Positions 39,336-50,465 are shown, counted from the first letter of the stretch. The stretch: DNA of 64,000 nt from Promethearchaeota archaeon (GCA_048941265.1 JBHLNT010000006.1:12933-76932), one strand, 5' to 3'. A program made the numbers and translations. The notes: generated from the sequence alone by a model not told the origin.

Positions 39336-40580
39336 ATGAGTTTAGAAATAAAATGTGAATATTATCCAAGGATTCCTCATGAAATTCTTGAAAATGGGTT
39401 ACAATTAGTTAAAAAAAATAAAGAAAAATGGGATGAACCCTTTTTTACTGATCTAAATGCTTACTTGAATTTAGAGCAGATAAAGCGAGTTTCAGATCAA
39501 TTTTTAACCAAAAAATTGAAAAATATTATTGTTTTAGGAACAGGGGGATCAATACAAACATTATTGGCACTGAGGCATTTATCCCAGAGAATTATTCATC
39601 CAATTACAAATTCACGGGCGGTAGAACTAAAAAAATGTTTAGATAATACAAATGTAGAAGATTCTATAGTTATCCCAATATCAAGAGAGGGCGAAACTTT
39701 AGATGTTAACTCTATTATCGGAACATTTGTAAAAAAAGGTTATAAATTTTTGGGATTATCTTCTAAAGGAACCATGAATGAGATTTTAAAAAAATTGGAT
39801 TGCATAATTATGGATGTTCCTGATCTTTCTGGACGATTCGCGGGTTCCATGTCAAATGTTGGAATGGTTCCAGCATATTTATCTGGAATTAAAATAGAAG
39901 AGTTTTTAAATGGATTGGACCAAGGTTATAAGATTTTTATGAATTTTGATATTAATCCCGCATTGGAATTTTCGATTTTTCTTTATGAACTATATAAACA
40001 AGGATATAAAATAGTTTTTTCTATGCCTTACTCTTTAAATCTTGAGGGTAGCGTTGGATTATTTGTACAAGAAATTTCAGAAAGTTCTGGGAAGGAAGGA
40101 AAAGGTTTAATGGGAGCTTATCAATCCGCACCGATATGTCAGCATTCTGTTTTGGAATACTTGTTGGGAGGAACTAAAGGTGCAGTTATACCTTTTCTAT
40201 GGACTCTCGAAAATGAAAATCCAGACTTAAGACTTGAGTCATCAATTGAATATATAAATGGACAATATGCTCAAAACATCATAAATTATCAAGCAGAAGC
40301 TACTTTTCAGGCATTACTTGAGCAAGGAGTTCCATCTGCGAAAATTTTGATCAATAATCCGAGAGAGACAAATATTGGACAATTAATCTCATTTATTCAG
40401 TCAACAATCTATTACCTATGTTTGTTATTAGATGTGAATTGGTCTTCTAATCCAAAAGTTGTCATTGGAAAGGAGATTTGTAATGAGGCTTTAAAGAATA
40501 AAGCTTCAGTGGAACAAAGAATTAGAACACGAGAAAAAGTAGCAGATTGGGAGTTTAAAGATTTTTTTAATAAAAAATAA
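39336..40580 (+). CDS. glucose-6-phosphate isomerase-like SIS-domain protein
   Basis: LGTGGS, ISREGETLD, LSGRF, QEISESSGKEGKG, QHS, NPKVVIGK. Confidence 0.75.
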   Translation: MSLEIKCEYYPRIPHEILENGLQLVKKNKEKWDEPFFTDLNAYLNLEQIKRVSDQFLTKKLKNIIVLGTGGSIQTLLALRHLSQRIIHPITNSRAVELKKCLDNTNVEDSIVIPISREGETLDVNSIIGTFVKKGYKFLGLSSKGTMNEILKKLDCIIMDVPDLSGRFAGSMSNVGMVPAYLSGIKIEEFLNGLDQGYKIFMNFDINPALEFSIFLYELYKQGYKIVFSMPYSLNLEGSVGLFVQEISESSGKEGKGLMGAYQSAPICQHSVLEYLLGGTKGAVIPFLWTLENENPDLRLESSIEYINGQYAQNIINYQAEATFQALLEQGVPSAKILINNPRETNIGQLISFIQSTIYYLCLLLDVNWSSNPKVVIGKEICNEALKNKASVEQRIRTREKVADWEFKDFFNKK

Positions 40581-42026
40581 CTAATCTTGATTTATGAACG
40601 CGTCATATAAAACATTGACTGCATTCATACAATCCTTTCTTTCAATAATAATGGTTATATTTAACTCAGAAGATCCTTGAGCGATAGCTCTTACATTAAT
40701 ATTATTGTTACCAAGAGTAGTAAATACTTTTCCCGCGATACCTGGTGTGTGAAGCATACCAGCTCCAATTACAGCAATCAAGGAAATTTCATGGTCAATT
40801 TTTATGTTAAACCATTGTTTTCCGAATAAATCTGAATTTCTCAATAAAAAACTTACATTCATAGCATCTTCGATATCGATTCCAAAAGTTATATTATTTT
40901 CTGAAGAACTCTGAGATATAAATCTGATTGTAATGTTATTATCACCTAGTAATGAAAATAATTTAGAAACTGTCCCAGGAAGGGATATCATCGTGCCACT
41001 TTCGATGGTTACCATAGAAAGTCTTTCTATTGATGTTATAGCTTTAATTATTTTTTCATCTTTAATTACTTCTTTTGTAATAGTTGTAAATTCCTCCGAT
41101 TCAGGATTTTTGAAAGGTCTAATTTCCGATGGAATACTTCCTTTTTCATTTACATCGAGACAAACTGGATGAAGTACTTTAGAGCCAAAAAAAGCAAGTT
41201 CTTTGGCTTCTACATATGAAATATTTTTTAATAAAGCTGTTTTTTTTGATATTCTAGGGTCAGCATTTAAAAATCCATTGACATCTTTCCAATATATCAC
41301 TTTGGTATTAAATTTGGGCTTTAAACAATATGCTACAATTGCAGCAGTTAAATCTGTCCCACCTCTCCCTAGTGTAGTAATTTTTTTATCCTTCGTTGAA
41401 CCATAAAATCCAGTTATACAGATTAAATCCACCTTTTCGGATTGTAGAATAGGAATTACATTTGTATTAAATGATTCTTCAGTCTCATCTAATAAAGGAA
41501 GTGCTCTTCCAAAATTATCATCTGTTATAATTACTTCATCAGAGGAGATAAATTGAGATTGTATACCTATATCTTGAGAATTTATATATTGGGAAATGAT
41601 AAAAGTGCTTAATTTTTCTCCATAAGATACAATAATATCTTGAATATCCATACTTGGCCTAAGTAATCTCACAATTCTCCCTAATTGGCTCAATTCTTCA
41701 ATATTTTCATCTAAAAAATTCAAAGTATCATTATATTCGGGTTTATTTTCATTAAAGATCTCATCTATTAGGTTCTTATGAATATTGTAAATATTTTCAA
41801 TTATATAATCACATTCAGAAGCTTCTTCACAGGATTTTTTATAGAAATCTATAAGTTTATCGGTTATACCTTTTAGAGCAGAGGTAACAACTACGAGCTT
41901 ATAATTTTTGTTAGAATTTTTAATTATATTAGTTAATTGATTGAATGACTCAGCATTCTGGAGGCATGAGCCCCCAAATTTCATTACAATTAAATTTTCC
42001 TTATTTTTAATCAAGTTCATCATCAA
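40581..42026 (-). CDS. lysC: aspartate kinase with two ACT domains
   Basis: VMKFGGS, SYGEKLS, TTLGRGGTD, KDVNG...ADPR, EAKELAFFGSKVLHP, SQSSSE, AQGSSE. Confidence 0.93.
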   Translation of the reverse strand: MMMNLIKNKENLIVMKFGGSCLQNAESFNQLTNIIKNSNKNYKLVVVTSALKGITDKLIDFYKKSCEEASECDYIIENIYNIHKNLIDEIFNENKPEYNDTLNFLDENIEELSQLGRIVRLLRPSMDIQDIIVSYGEKLSTFIISQYINSQDIGIQSQFISSDEVIITDDNFGRALPLLDETEESFNTNVIPILQSEKVDLICITGFYGSTKDKKITTLGRGGTDLTAAIVAYCLKPKFNTKVIYWKDVNGFLNADPRISKKTALLKNISYVEAKELAFFGSKVLHPVCLDVNEKGSIPSEIRPFKNPESEEFTTITKEVIKDEKIIKAITSIERLSMVTIESGTMISLPGTVSKLFSLLGDNNITIRFISQSSSENNITFGIDIEDAMNVSFLLRNSDLFGKQWFNIKIDHEISLIAVIGAGMLHTPGIAGKVFTTLGNNNINVRAIAQGSSELNITIIIERKDCMNAVNVLYDAFINQD

Positions 42027-42316
42027 ATTAATTTTTCTAACATTCTCTAAAAATTATTATTCATTAAAATTAATAGATTTTATCCTATGTATTTATTAGA
42101 TTTATAAATGCCTATTCTCTTTGCTTTTTTTATAATAATAAAATGTTTTTTTAAAAAATCGAGCGAAACTTAAACTTAAATGTATAATTAGAATATTATA
42201 TTATTCGATATATTATTAAATATAAAATAAAAATTGAATTATTGTTTGGATTTTAAACGATAAAACAATTTTGATTCTACTGATAGTATTTCACCTTTAA
42301 AAAGGAGTTTTTTATT

Positions 42317-43036
42317 TTGTTTGATGGAAATCGGATAATCTGCATAGCTCCCTGCTATAACGAATTGAATAAGATTGATAAAGTAGTGGCAAAAATTGAT
42401 AAATCCGTTGTTGATGAAATTCTTGTAGTAGACGATGGATCGACGGATGGGTCGCCAGAAACGGCAAAAAAAAAGGGGGCAAGGGTGATTAGTCTTAATA
42501 AAAGAAATGGAGTAGGGTTTACGATCCGTGAGGGTATTGAATATGCAATAAAAAAAAAGTTCGATATAATCGTAATTATCGCCGGTAATAATAAGGACGA
42601 TCCAAATGAGATTGTGAGACTATTAAAACCAATTACAAAAAATGGATATGATTTTGTTCAAGGTTCACGGTTTAAAAAAGGTGGATACTATGGAAATATG
42701 CCATTATATAGATTATTAGCCACAAAAATTCATCCTTTACTCTTTTCACTTATCTCCAGAAAGTATGTAACTGAAAGCACTAATGGTTTTCGGGCGTTTA
42801 AAACTTCAATTTTTTTAAATAGAAATCTTAATATTTGGCAAAAATGGCTCGATAAATATGAATTGGAACCTTACTTATACTATAAAGTAATTAAGCTAGG
42901 ATATAAAACAAAGGAAGTACCTGTTACTAAAATATATCCCACTAAAGAATTAGGTTATACGAAAATGAACGCTTTCTCTGGTTGGTGGAGCATTTTTCGA
43001 CCTTTATTCTTACTTGCGTTTAAAATACGAAAATAG
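42317..43036 (+). CDS. GT2 glycosyltransferase (polyprenol-phosphate glycosyltransferase-like)
   Basis: PCYNE, VVDDGSTDGS, VQGSRF, TESTNGFRAF, EVPV; the DxD position reads AGNNKD. Confidence 0.88.
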   Translation: MFDGNRIICIAPCYNELNKIDKVVAKIDKSVVDEILVVDDGSTDGSPETAKKKGARVISLNKRNGVGFTIREGIEYAIKKKFDIIVIIAGNNKDDPNEIVRLLKPITKNGYDFVQGSRFKKGGYYGNMPLYRLLATKIHPLLFSLISRKYVTESTNGFRAFKTSIFLNRNLNIWQKWLDKYELEPYLYYKVIKLGYKTKEVPVTKIYPTKELGYTKMNAFSGWWSIFRPLFLLAFKIRK

Positions 43037-43052
43037 CGCTCAAAAAAAACTA

Positions 43053-44093
43053 TTAATGAACAAATAGAATAAAGATGTATGCTAAAAAGACTCCGAATAT
43101 TGATAAAATATACGTTAATACGTGATTGTCTACTATAAATTCTTTTTTTTTATTAAATATATTTAAATTAAAAGTATAAATTTCTTTTTCTTTTAAAATA
43201 CCATAATAAATTAAGGTTTGAAACCATCTCAAAAAAGGGTAACTAAAAATCATGAATGAAGCAGTAGCCATAATAGAAATAATCGAAATTTCGAAAGAAT
43301 CTGCATTTTTCAGTCTTAAAAAGGTATATACTAAAAATATGCTGCAAATGGGGATTAATCTTAAATATAATGGTAAAGAATTAATAGAAGACCACCGAAA
43401 TATCTCCCGATAAAACCATTCAAAGTATAGTAATGGAAAAACTAAAAAAACTATTAATAGAGGGATTATACAGATTAAAAAAATTTTCAATTCTCTCCAA
43501 TTCTTTTCATATATATATTTTACAAAAAAAAATCCAGAAGCAGGTAAGGTATAGTATTTTATACACATTGATAAACCCAAGAATATATAAAACAAGTATT
43601 TCGCATACAATTCCTTTTTGGGATAGAAAATAAATGCCATTAATAAAAAGAATAAAAAAAAAGCATCTGTAATATGGTAACCGCAATTTTCTAGGCTAAA
43701 TGAATTGGTTAAAAAATAGAAAGGATTGATTAAAAATAGACCAAAAACATAATTTTTATTTTTAATTTGAAAATTTTTTAAAACAAAGTAAATCATCAAA
43801 GATGTTATCAAATCCCAAAAAAAGCCCCAGAATATAAAAATTTCAATTTTCCCAAAGGAAAGGAACCTAAAAATCTCTAATAAAATAATTGTCAATGGTG
43901 GACTTGTTAAATTAGCTTTATAATAATTCCCAATATCGCCCCATGACTTTTGAGGATCCACTGAATGAGTATAATAATAATAAATTAGCATGAATATTCT
44001 GGCTGTTATCCCAGCCATGATAAAAAGATTAGCTTTAATTTTCAAGGTATTATAAGTTTTATTTTTTTTTTCAATACTATTTTCGTTGTTCAT
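43053..44093 (-). CDS. polytopic membrane protein, probable GT-C-fold glycosyltransferase
   Basis: About 10 TM segments; 'WGD...Y...SPPL', 'FLINP', 'HITD', 'IKYY' resemble GT87/PIG-M-like patterns; glycosylation neighbourhood. Confidence 0.55.
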   Translation of the reverse strand: MNNENSIEKKNKTYNTLKIKANLFIMAGITARIFMLIYYYYTHSVDPQKSWGDIGNYYKANLTSPPLTIILLEIFRFLSFGKIEIFIFWGFFWDLITSLMIYFVLKNFQIKNKNYVFGLFLINPFYFLTNSFSLENCGYHITDAFFLFFLLMAFIFYPKKELYAKYLFYIFLGLSMCIKYYTLPASGFFFVKYIYEKNWRELKIFLICIIPLLIVFLVFPLLYFEWFYREIFRWSSINSLPLYLRLIPICSIFLVYTFLRLKNADSFEISIISIMATASFMIFSYPFLRWFQTLIYYGILKEKEIYTFNLNIFNKKKEFIVDNHVLTYILSIFGVFLAYIFILFVH

Positions 44094-44149
44094 TCCAATT
44101 TCCTAATTAATTTAATAAATTATTTATGAGTTAGAATTTATTTAGATAA

Positions 44150-45196
44150 TTATAATTTTATATCCCGTGTTTCTTTTAATTTGAAATTGTAGTGAAAAAT
44201 TGAATATCCCCCATAAAACAGAATATATGCGCTCCTAAATAAATGATCAATAATAAATATAGCTAATATTTCTATAAATGGAATTTGAGGATAAAAAACA
44301 AATATAAACAGAGCTCCAATGTTTTCTGAAATTCCCCACCCTCCAGGAGTTATCGGAAAAGTTTTGCTAAAAAAAACGAGTATCACTGCTAAAAGCAAAA
44401 CAATTATATTTATTTTATAACCTAAATAATAAAAAAAAATAACAATTATAAGTGCATCAATTAGCCACGTAATAAATCCCAATAATAAAACATATATAAG
44501 TTCTTTTTGATTTTTTTTGAATGTTTTCATACCATCTTTAAAATTATAAATAAATTTACCTAATAGATCAGCTAATTTAATCCAGAACTTTCCAATGATT
44601 TTTAATAATACATCTGTTTTAGAAATTAATAAAAATAAGACCATTAAAATTGTTGTAATAATAATTGCTCCTAATGCCAGATATAGTTGTAAATTCTGAC
44701 CTAATATAATCATAGCTGAATTCTCATTGTATGAATTAATGTATAAGTAAAAAAATGCTAAGCAGCTTATAATAAACAATAATACTAAATCCAAAACTCT
44801 TTCAATTGTAATTCCGCATACAGATTCACTTAAATGTAATTTTTCTTGATCTCTTATAACTACTATTTTTGCTAATTCACCAAATTTTCCAGGAGTTATA
44901 TCATTTACAATGAAGCAAATCCCAGTAGTAAAATACGCAGTTTGAAACATAATCTTGTGTTTCAAACCTTTAAAAATTAATTTTAATTTGGCAGATCTAA
45001 ATAAAAATGCTGACGTGTATGCTATAATAAATAATAAAGTTCCATTAATCCCAATTAGGCTAATTTTTAAAAGTAAACTACGAAAGTCCACAATCAAAAT
45101 CATAAATACTATTACGATAATTGTAAAAAAAAAAACAAGAATTCTATTTCTTTTTTCCAACCAAAGTTTCAATTTATTATTTTTTATCATATTCAT
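44150..45196 (-). CDS. LPG-synthase TM / AglD2-like flippase-domain protein
   Basis: NDITPGKFGELAK, ERVLDL, PITPGGWGISE, DHLFR. Confidence 0.88.
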   Translation of the reverse strand: MNMIKNNKLKLWLEKRNRILVFFFTIIVIVFMILIVDFRSLLLKISLIGINGTLLFIIAYTSAFLFRSAKLKLIFKGLKHKIMFQTAYFTTGICFIVNDITPGKFGELAKIVVIRDQEKLHLSESVCGITIERVLDLVLLFIISCLAFFYLYINSYNENSAMIILGQNLQLYLALGAIIITTILMVLFLLISKTDVLLKIIGKFWIKLADLLGKFIYNFKDGMKTFKKNQKELIYVLLLGFITWLIDALIIVIFFYYLGYKINIIVLLLAVILVFFSKTFPITPGGWGISENIGALFIFVFYPQIPFIEILAIFIIDHLFRSAYILFYGGYSIFHYNFKLKETRDIKL

Positions 45197-45491
45197 GATT
45201 TAAAGTTCAAAATTTTTGCTATATCTTAAATTTTTTTTAGAATTTTTTAATTTAAAAAAAATCTATATTTATACTTTCATATTATAACGGAGATAACCCT
45301 AAATATTTAATTTAAGGTAAATTTAATATTAAAATATTTAATAGAAAAAAAAAAAAATCTTAATATCGATTGCAGAATTTGCCAGAGTATTTTTTAAATA
45401 TATTTTATAACGTTAACCATAATATTTATACTATTAAACATTGAGTTATTTATTAAGGGTATAGAAAAAATTTTCAGAATTGGGTTAATTA

Positions 45492-45929
45492 TTGACAGTT
45501 AAAGATTGTATACTTGGCGAGAATGTAAATATTATTGAACCAGTCAATTTATATGGCTGTGTTTTAGGAGATAATTGTTTCATAGGTCCATTCGTAGAAA
45601 TTCAAAAAAATGTTATAATTGGGAATAACACTCGAATACAGAGTCATTCTTTTGTATGCGAAGGGGTAGAAATTGGAAATAAGTGTTTTATTAGTCACGG
45701 AACAATTTTCACGAATGATAAATTTGATTCCCCAAAAATTAAAACATGGATAATGAGAAAGACAATAATAGGTGATAATGTCCGGATCGGTTCAAATACT
45801 ACTATATTACCTGTCAAAATTGGAGATAACTCAATTATAGGAGCCGGCGCAGTTGTTACAAAAGATATTCCCGCTAATTGTATTGTAGCTGGTAATCCAG
45901 CAAGGATATTAAGAAAATTAGATCTATAA
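45492..45929 (+). CDS. hexapeptide-repeat sugar N-acetyltransferase (WbpD/QdtC-like)
   Basis: NLYGC, IGPFVEIQK, IQSHSFVCEGV, FTND, GAGAVVTKD, VAGNPAR. Confidence 0.9.
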   Translation: MTVKDCILGENVNIIEPVNLYGCVLGDNCFIGPFVEIQKNVIIGNNTRIQSHSFVCEGVEIGNKCFISHGTIFTNDKFDSPKIKTWIMRKTIIGDNVRIGSNTTILPVKIGDNSIIGAGAVVTKDIPANCIVAGNPARILRKLDL

Positions 45930-45930
45930 A

Positions 45931-46821
45931 ATGAGAGTTGCAATAATAGGATTGGGCTATTGGGGTAATATTATCCTAAGAAATTTAGAGAATTTAGGAA
46001 TCGAGGATATTATAATCTGTGATAGCTCTATTAAAAATACGAGAGAATATCAGAGATATCCCACAGTTAACAAATATCAGGATTTAGATTGCGATTCTGT
46101 ATTCATAATAACCCCAACATCAACTCATTATGAAATAAGCAAGCATTTTCTTGAGAGAGAAGTCAATACTTTCTGTGAAAAACCTCTAACTACCTCATCT
46201 TTGGAGGCAGAAAAGTTATATAAAATCGCTTTTGAAAAAAGAGTGATTTTGTTTACAAATTGGATTTTTACGTTCAATTCACATATTGAAACAATAAAAA
46301 GAGATTATGAAAGTAGAAAATTAGGAAAAATTAATAGTATTTTCATGAACAGACTAAATTTAGGGCCAGAAAGACACGATGTTAATGCACGATGGGACTT
46401 AGCTTCTCATGATGTTTCAATAATTCAATATCTTTTCTCAGAAATACCAAAAAACGTAAGATGGACTGATTATAAAAGGGACAATAATTCAGATCAAGAA
46501 GATAGCTCTTTAGGACTATTAGAGTACAATGATTTTGTAGCCAGTATTAATGTTAGTTGGCATTACAGAAAAAAAGTTAGAGAATGTGTTTTTGAATTTG
46601 ATAAATTTTTCGTAGTTTGGGATGATTATAAAAGAGTATTAGAATATGAGAATTCTCAAAATTTAAGTTATCCTATTTATTCAGGTAATCTGAGTTATCC
46701 CTGTGCTTATTATCAAGAACCATTAAAAAATGCTATAAAATCATTTTTCTCTTTTTCTATTGAAGATATGAAGCTACAAAAAAAATTGACGATAGATACC
46801 ATAAATATTTTGGAGAAATAA
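45931..46821 (+). CDS. Gfo/Idh/MocA family oxidoreductase (NDP-sugar 3-dehydrogenase-like)
   Basis: GLGYWG, TPTSTH, CEKPL, WDLASHD. Confidence 0.88.
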   Translation: MRVAIIGLGYWGNIILRNLENLGIEDIIICDSSIKNTREYQRYPTVNKYQDLDCDSVFIITPTSTHYEISKHFLEREVNTFCEKPLTTSSLEAEKLYKIAFEKRVILFTNWIFTFNSHIETIKRDYESRKLGKINSIFMNRLNLGPERHDVNARWDLASHDVSIIQYLFSEIPKNVRWTDYKRDNNSDQEDSSLGLLEYNDFVASINVSWHYRKKVRECVFEFDKFFVVWDDYKRVLEYENSQNLSYPIYSGNLSYPCAYYQEPLKNAIKSFFSFSIEDMKLQKKLTIDTINILEK

Positions 46822-46825
46822 TATA

Positions 46826-47956
46826 ATGAAAATAATGTTTAATGATTTATCAAAGCAATGGAGCATCATAAAGGAAAATACTATGCCAAAACTACAATCT
46901 CTTTTCGAAAATTCTAATTACATTGGTGGTAGAGCCATTAAAGAATTCGAAGATAATTTTGCAGCTTATTGTGGCACTGAATATGCAATAGGTGTTTCCA
47001 ACGGAACAGATGCATTAAAATTATGCTTAGCAGCATTTCAATTAGAATCTCCTTGCGGCATTTTAATTCCTGCTAATACCTTTATTGCCACTGCATTAGC
47101 TGTTACTTACGTACCTGACTTGAATTATGAAATGATATTAGTGGATTGCGATAATTATTATCAAATTGATGTAAAGTTATTAGAGTCATATTTAACAAAA
47201 AATAGGAAAAATTGGAAGACATGTGTTATAATTCCAGTTCATTTGTACGGTCATCCATCAGATATGAAAAGTATACTTCAAATTGCAGAGAAATTCAATT
47301 GTTACATTTTAGAAGATTCGTCACAGGCCCATGGAGCAATGGTAATAAATAATAAAGTGGGAAGTCTAGGAGATATTTCAGCATTTTCCCTATATCCAGG
47401 TAAAAATTTAGGAGCTGCTGGAGATGCTGGTATTATAACAACAAATAGTGAAGTCTTAAATAATCGATTATTATCTTTAAGAAATTATGGTTCTAGTAAA
47501 AAATATTATTATGATATGAAAGGTTGGAATAATAGGTTAGATACGATCCAAGCAATTATTTTAAACGAAAAATTAAAACATTTAGATAAATGGAATGATA
47601 TGAGGATTAAAGTTGCGAAAAGATATGATGAATTATTCGAAAATAATGAGCAAGTTATTACCCCCAAGACGGCGCCTTACATTAATAAACAAGTTTATCA
47701 CATTTATGCTATTCGAATAAAACAAAGAGAAGATTTTCAAAAATATTTACTTAAAAACAATATACCCACAATAATTCATTATCCTATTCCTATTCAAAAA
47801 ACTAATCCATTTAAACATCTTGATATTTTTGATAATGAAAAAACCTTAAAATTTTCTAATGAATTAATTAGTCTACCAATGCATCCTTTCTTAAGGGAAG
47901 AAGAAATTAATTACATCACTCAAAAAATAAACGATTATTTTAAAAGGCAATTGTGA
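46826..47956 (+). CDS. DegT/DnrJ/EryC1/StrS family aminotransferase
   Basis: SNGTDAL, PVHLYG, EDSSQAHGA, SLYPGKNLGAAGDAG, NNRLDTIQA, HYPIP. Confidence 0.94.
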   Translation: MKIMFNDLSKQWSIIKENTMPKLQSLFENSNYIGGRAIKEFEDNFAAYCGTEYAIGVSNGTDALKLCLAAFQLESPCGILIPANTFIATALAVTYVPDLNYEMILVDCDNYYQIDVKLLESYLTKNRKNWKTCVIIPVHLYGHPSDMKSILQIAEKFNCYILEDSSQAHGAMVINNKVGSLGDISAFSLYPGKNLGAAGDAGIITTNSEVLNNRLLSLRNYGSSKKYYYDMKGWNNRLDTIQAIILNEKLKHLDKWNDMRIKVAKRYDELFENNEQVITPKTAPYINKQVYHIYAIRIKQREDFQKYLLKNNIPTIIHYPIPIQKTNPFKHLDIFDNEKTLKFSNELISLPMHPFLREEEINYITQKINDYFKRQL

Positions 47957-48017
47957 TGTTATCATCTCAACTTTAAATTTAAAAGTTTAGAAAAAGTTAA
48001 TAAAAAAAAATAATATA

Positions 48018-48420
48018 TTGAAGAGAGTAGAATTATTAGCACCTGCAAGAAATTTTAAAGCAATTAAAGGGGCATCAAATTACGCAGATTCTATCTATTT
48101 CAGAATAAAAAAATTTAATATGAGATCTTATACAGAAAATTTTAATTTAGGAGAACTCATAAAAGTTGTATATTATTGCAAAAAAAAGAATTAAAGACTT
48201 ATTTAACAACAAACATCTTATGATACGACAATGAACTTACTGAGAATCGTACGATTATTGAGGAGGCAAAAAATTCAGGGATTGATGCTAAAATCCTTCA
48301 TGATCTAGCATCTCGGGGAACAAAACTAATAGTATTATTATAGAATTGGAGATTGAAGATTTTGTTATTGGTGATGGAAAGGATAAATTATATATCTTCA
48401 CAGATAAAACTTACAAGAAA
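48018..48420 (+). pseudogene. decayed U32 peptidase family gene
   Basis: MKRVELLAPARNFKAIKGASNYADSIYFRIKKFNMRSYTENFNLGEL...; frameshift in the poly-A run near 48180, then KTYLTTNIL*YDNEL...SGIDAKILHDLA; most of the gene is missing. Confidence 0.8.
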
Positions 48421-48475
48421 AACTCTTATTCATTATAAAAATCAATTAATTAAATTCAAATAAGAAAAAAAAATA

Positions 48476-50311
48476 TTAGAGTTTAACTAGACCTAAATTT
48501 TTCAATTTTTCTTGACTAGGTAAACCAGTTTCGGGATCAAATGTTCTGTATTTATAATAAGCGTCTTTTAATTTCTGAAAATTGGGTGTTTTTCCAGCTG
48601 AACCACCCTCATTAAGTGGCTTTAGTAATATTTGAGGTAATCTATCGTCAGCAGGCGTAATTCCCATTTTTAGATTAAACAATCTCTTCATCATATAAAT
48701 TCTTTCAGCTAAAACTTTTAATTTTTCAACATCACATTCTATTCCTAATGCCCCTTGGATTAATTCCGCGGTCATCGAAGGAGGGGGATTACAAAATCCA
48801 CATAATATTAAAGAATTATTTAATGCTCGATAATCTTGAGCAAGAGCACTTATGATTGCCATATCTTCACCATCTGAGTACCAATCAATCAGTTCAATTC
48901 CAAGCTCTTCAAATGGTAGTCCTAATAAAATTAGAAAGACATCACACGAACAATGACATGGACCACGGGGGGTAGCTACTCCGTAACCGATAGCCATTCC
49001 AAAACAACGTCTTAAATCATGATAGGGTACTTCCATTCCATAGACTGTTGCGATTTCATCCTGAGGAATCTTAAATTTTTTCCCTAATGCATCGGATCCT
49101 TCCGCCATAATATCGCCAATTCCTTCTCTTAGCGAAATTTTTTTTATTAATTCCAAAGCCGGTTTTACATCACCCCACACTGGTGTTAAACCATCAATGT
49201 CCTGGGATTTTATTTTACCATTATTGAATAAGTAATATACAAATGCAATTGTACTGCTACCGCTAATAGTATCTATTCCGTAATCATTGCACAACTCATT
49301 TGCTCTAACTATTGCTTCAAGATTATCATTTAAAATTAATGATCCAAATCCAACAACAGCTTCATATTCAGGTGCTTCTACTTGGCCTTCGGTTTTATAT
49401 TCTCCCTCGGTTACTTCTGCCTTTTTGGCACATCCAATTGAACAAGCAAAACAAGGATAATTCGCTTTAAAAATTTTTTCTGAAGCTGTTGCTCCTGAAA
49501 TATTAAAAGCACCATCCCAACTACCTAAAGTCCAATATTTTATTGGTAATTCTCCTTCAGAATTGTATTTATCAAGAGCCCCCGAAGTACCGAGAATACT
49601 AAGCATTTGAGATGCGAATGAAGATGATACGTTTTCTCTGATTTTTTCTGCAGCAATTTTAAAGCTATCAGGATCAGCAGGTTCATATGCTCTTTTTTTG
49701 CCTCTTACTGTAATAGCTTTTAACTTTTTAGATCCCATAACTGCTCCCATTCCTGTTCTTCCTGCTGCTTTCTCTTCCGATGCAACAGTTGCAAATCTTA
49801 CTAAATTTTCTCCGGCTTGACCTATACACGCGATTCTAGTAAGGTCTGAACCCGATAGTTCTTTAAGAATTTTTGAAGTCTCAAATATACCTTTACCCCA
49901 TAATGAAGATGCATCTTTTAATTCGGCACTGTTCTCCGTAATTGCTAGATACACAGGATTATCCGATGCTCCTTTAATAATTATTCCATCATATCCAGTC
50001 TTTTTTAATTCAGGTCCAAAAAATCCACCACAAATAGCCTCTCCCCAAATACCGGTTAATGGTGATTTAGCGCACACTGCAAATCTACCACTTGTGAGTG
50101 TATTTGAACCACATAAGAATCCAGGCATAAACATTAATATGTTATCTGAAGATAATGGATCTGTATCTTTATCTATATGATCATATAAATAACGACAAGC
50201 ATAACCGGTACCACCAAGAAAATTGTTTGCGATCTCCTCATTAATTGGTTCTTCAATTATTTCTTTGGTACTTAGATCAACTTTTAAGAGTTTTCCAATA
50301 AAACCATTCAT
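48476..50311 (-). CDS. tungsten-containing aldehyde:ferredoxin oxidoreductase family protein
   Basis: KLLKVDLS, KSPLTG, GFFGPELK, AGENLV, AGRTGMGAVMGSKKLKA, CFACSIGC, DYGIDTIS, RGPCH, DDRLP. Confidence 0.94.
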   Translation of the reverse strand: MNGFIGKLLKVDLSTKEIIEEPINEEIANNFLGGTGYACRYLYDHIDKDTDPLSSDNILMFMPGFLCGSNTLTSGRFAVCAKSPLTGIWGEAICGGFFGPELKKTGYDGIIIKGASDNPVYLAITENSAELKDASSLWGKGIFETSKILKELSGSDLTRIACIGQAGENLVRFATVASEEKAAGRTGMGAVMGSKKLKAITVRGKKRAYEPADPDSFKIAAEKIRENVSSSFASQMLSILGTSGALDKYNSEGELPIKYWTLGSWDGAFNISGATASEKIFKANYPCFACSIGCAKKAEVTEGEYKTEGQVEAPEYEAVVGFGSLILNDNLEAIVRANELCNDYGIDTISGSSTIAFVYYLFNNGKIKSQDIDGLTPVWGDVKPALELIKKISLREGIGDIMAEGSDALGKKFKIPQDEIATVYGMEVPYHDLRRCFGMAIGYGVATPRGPCHCSCDVFLILLGLPFEELGIELIDWYSDGEDMAIISALAQDYRALNNSLILCGFCNPPPSMTAELIQGALGIECDVEKLKVLAERIYMMKRLFNLKMGITPADDRLPQILLKPLNEGGSAGKTPNFQKLKDAYYKYRTFDPETGLPSQEKLKNLGLVKL

Positions 50312-50465
50312 TTTTTTCGCTCCTTATTTTCTTTTTTTGTAACATTAATTTTTTACATATAATTATTTTTATTTCAATTTAAAATATATTTTCTTTTTGA
50401 TTTTAAAACGGAATTTTAGAAAAATACTGGAGAGAATAAAAAATATATTAGGAAAATTAGACCGA

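Noticed and set aside
48200-48230. TGA in the U32 relic as Sec
   Set aside because: Accompanied by a frameshift and a large deletion; no SECIS-like element.
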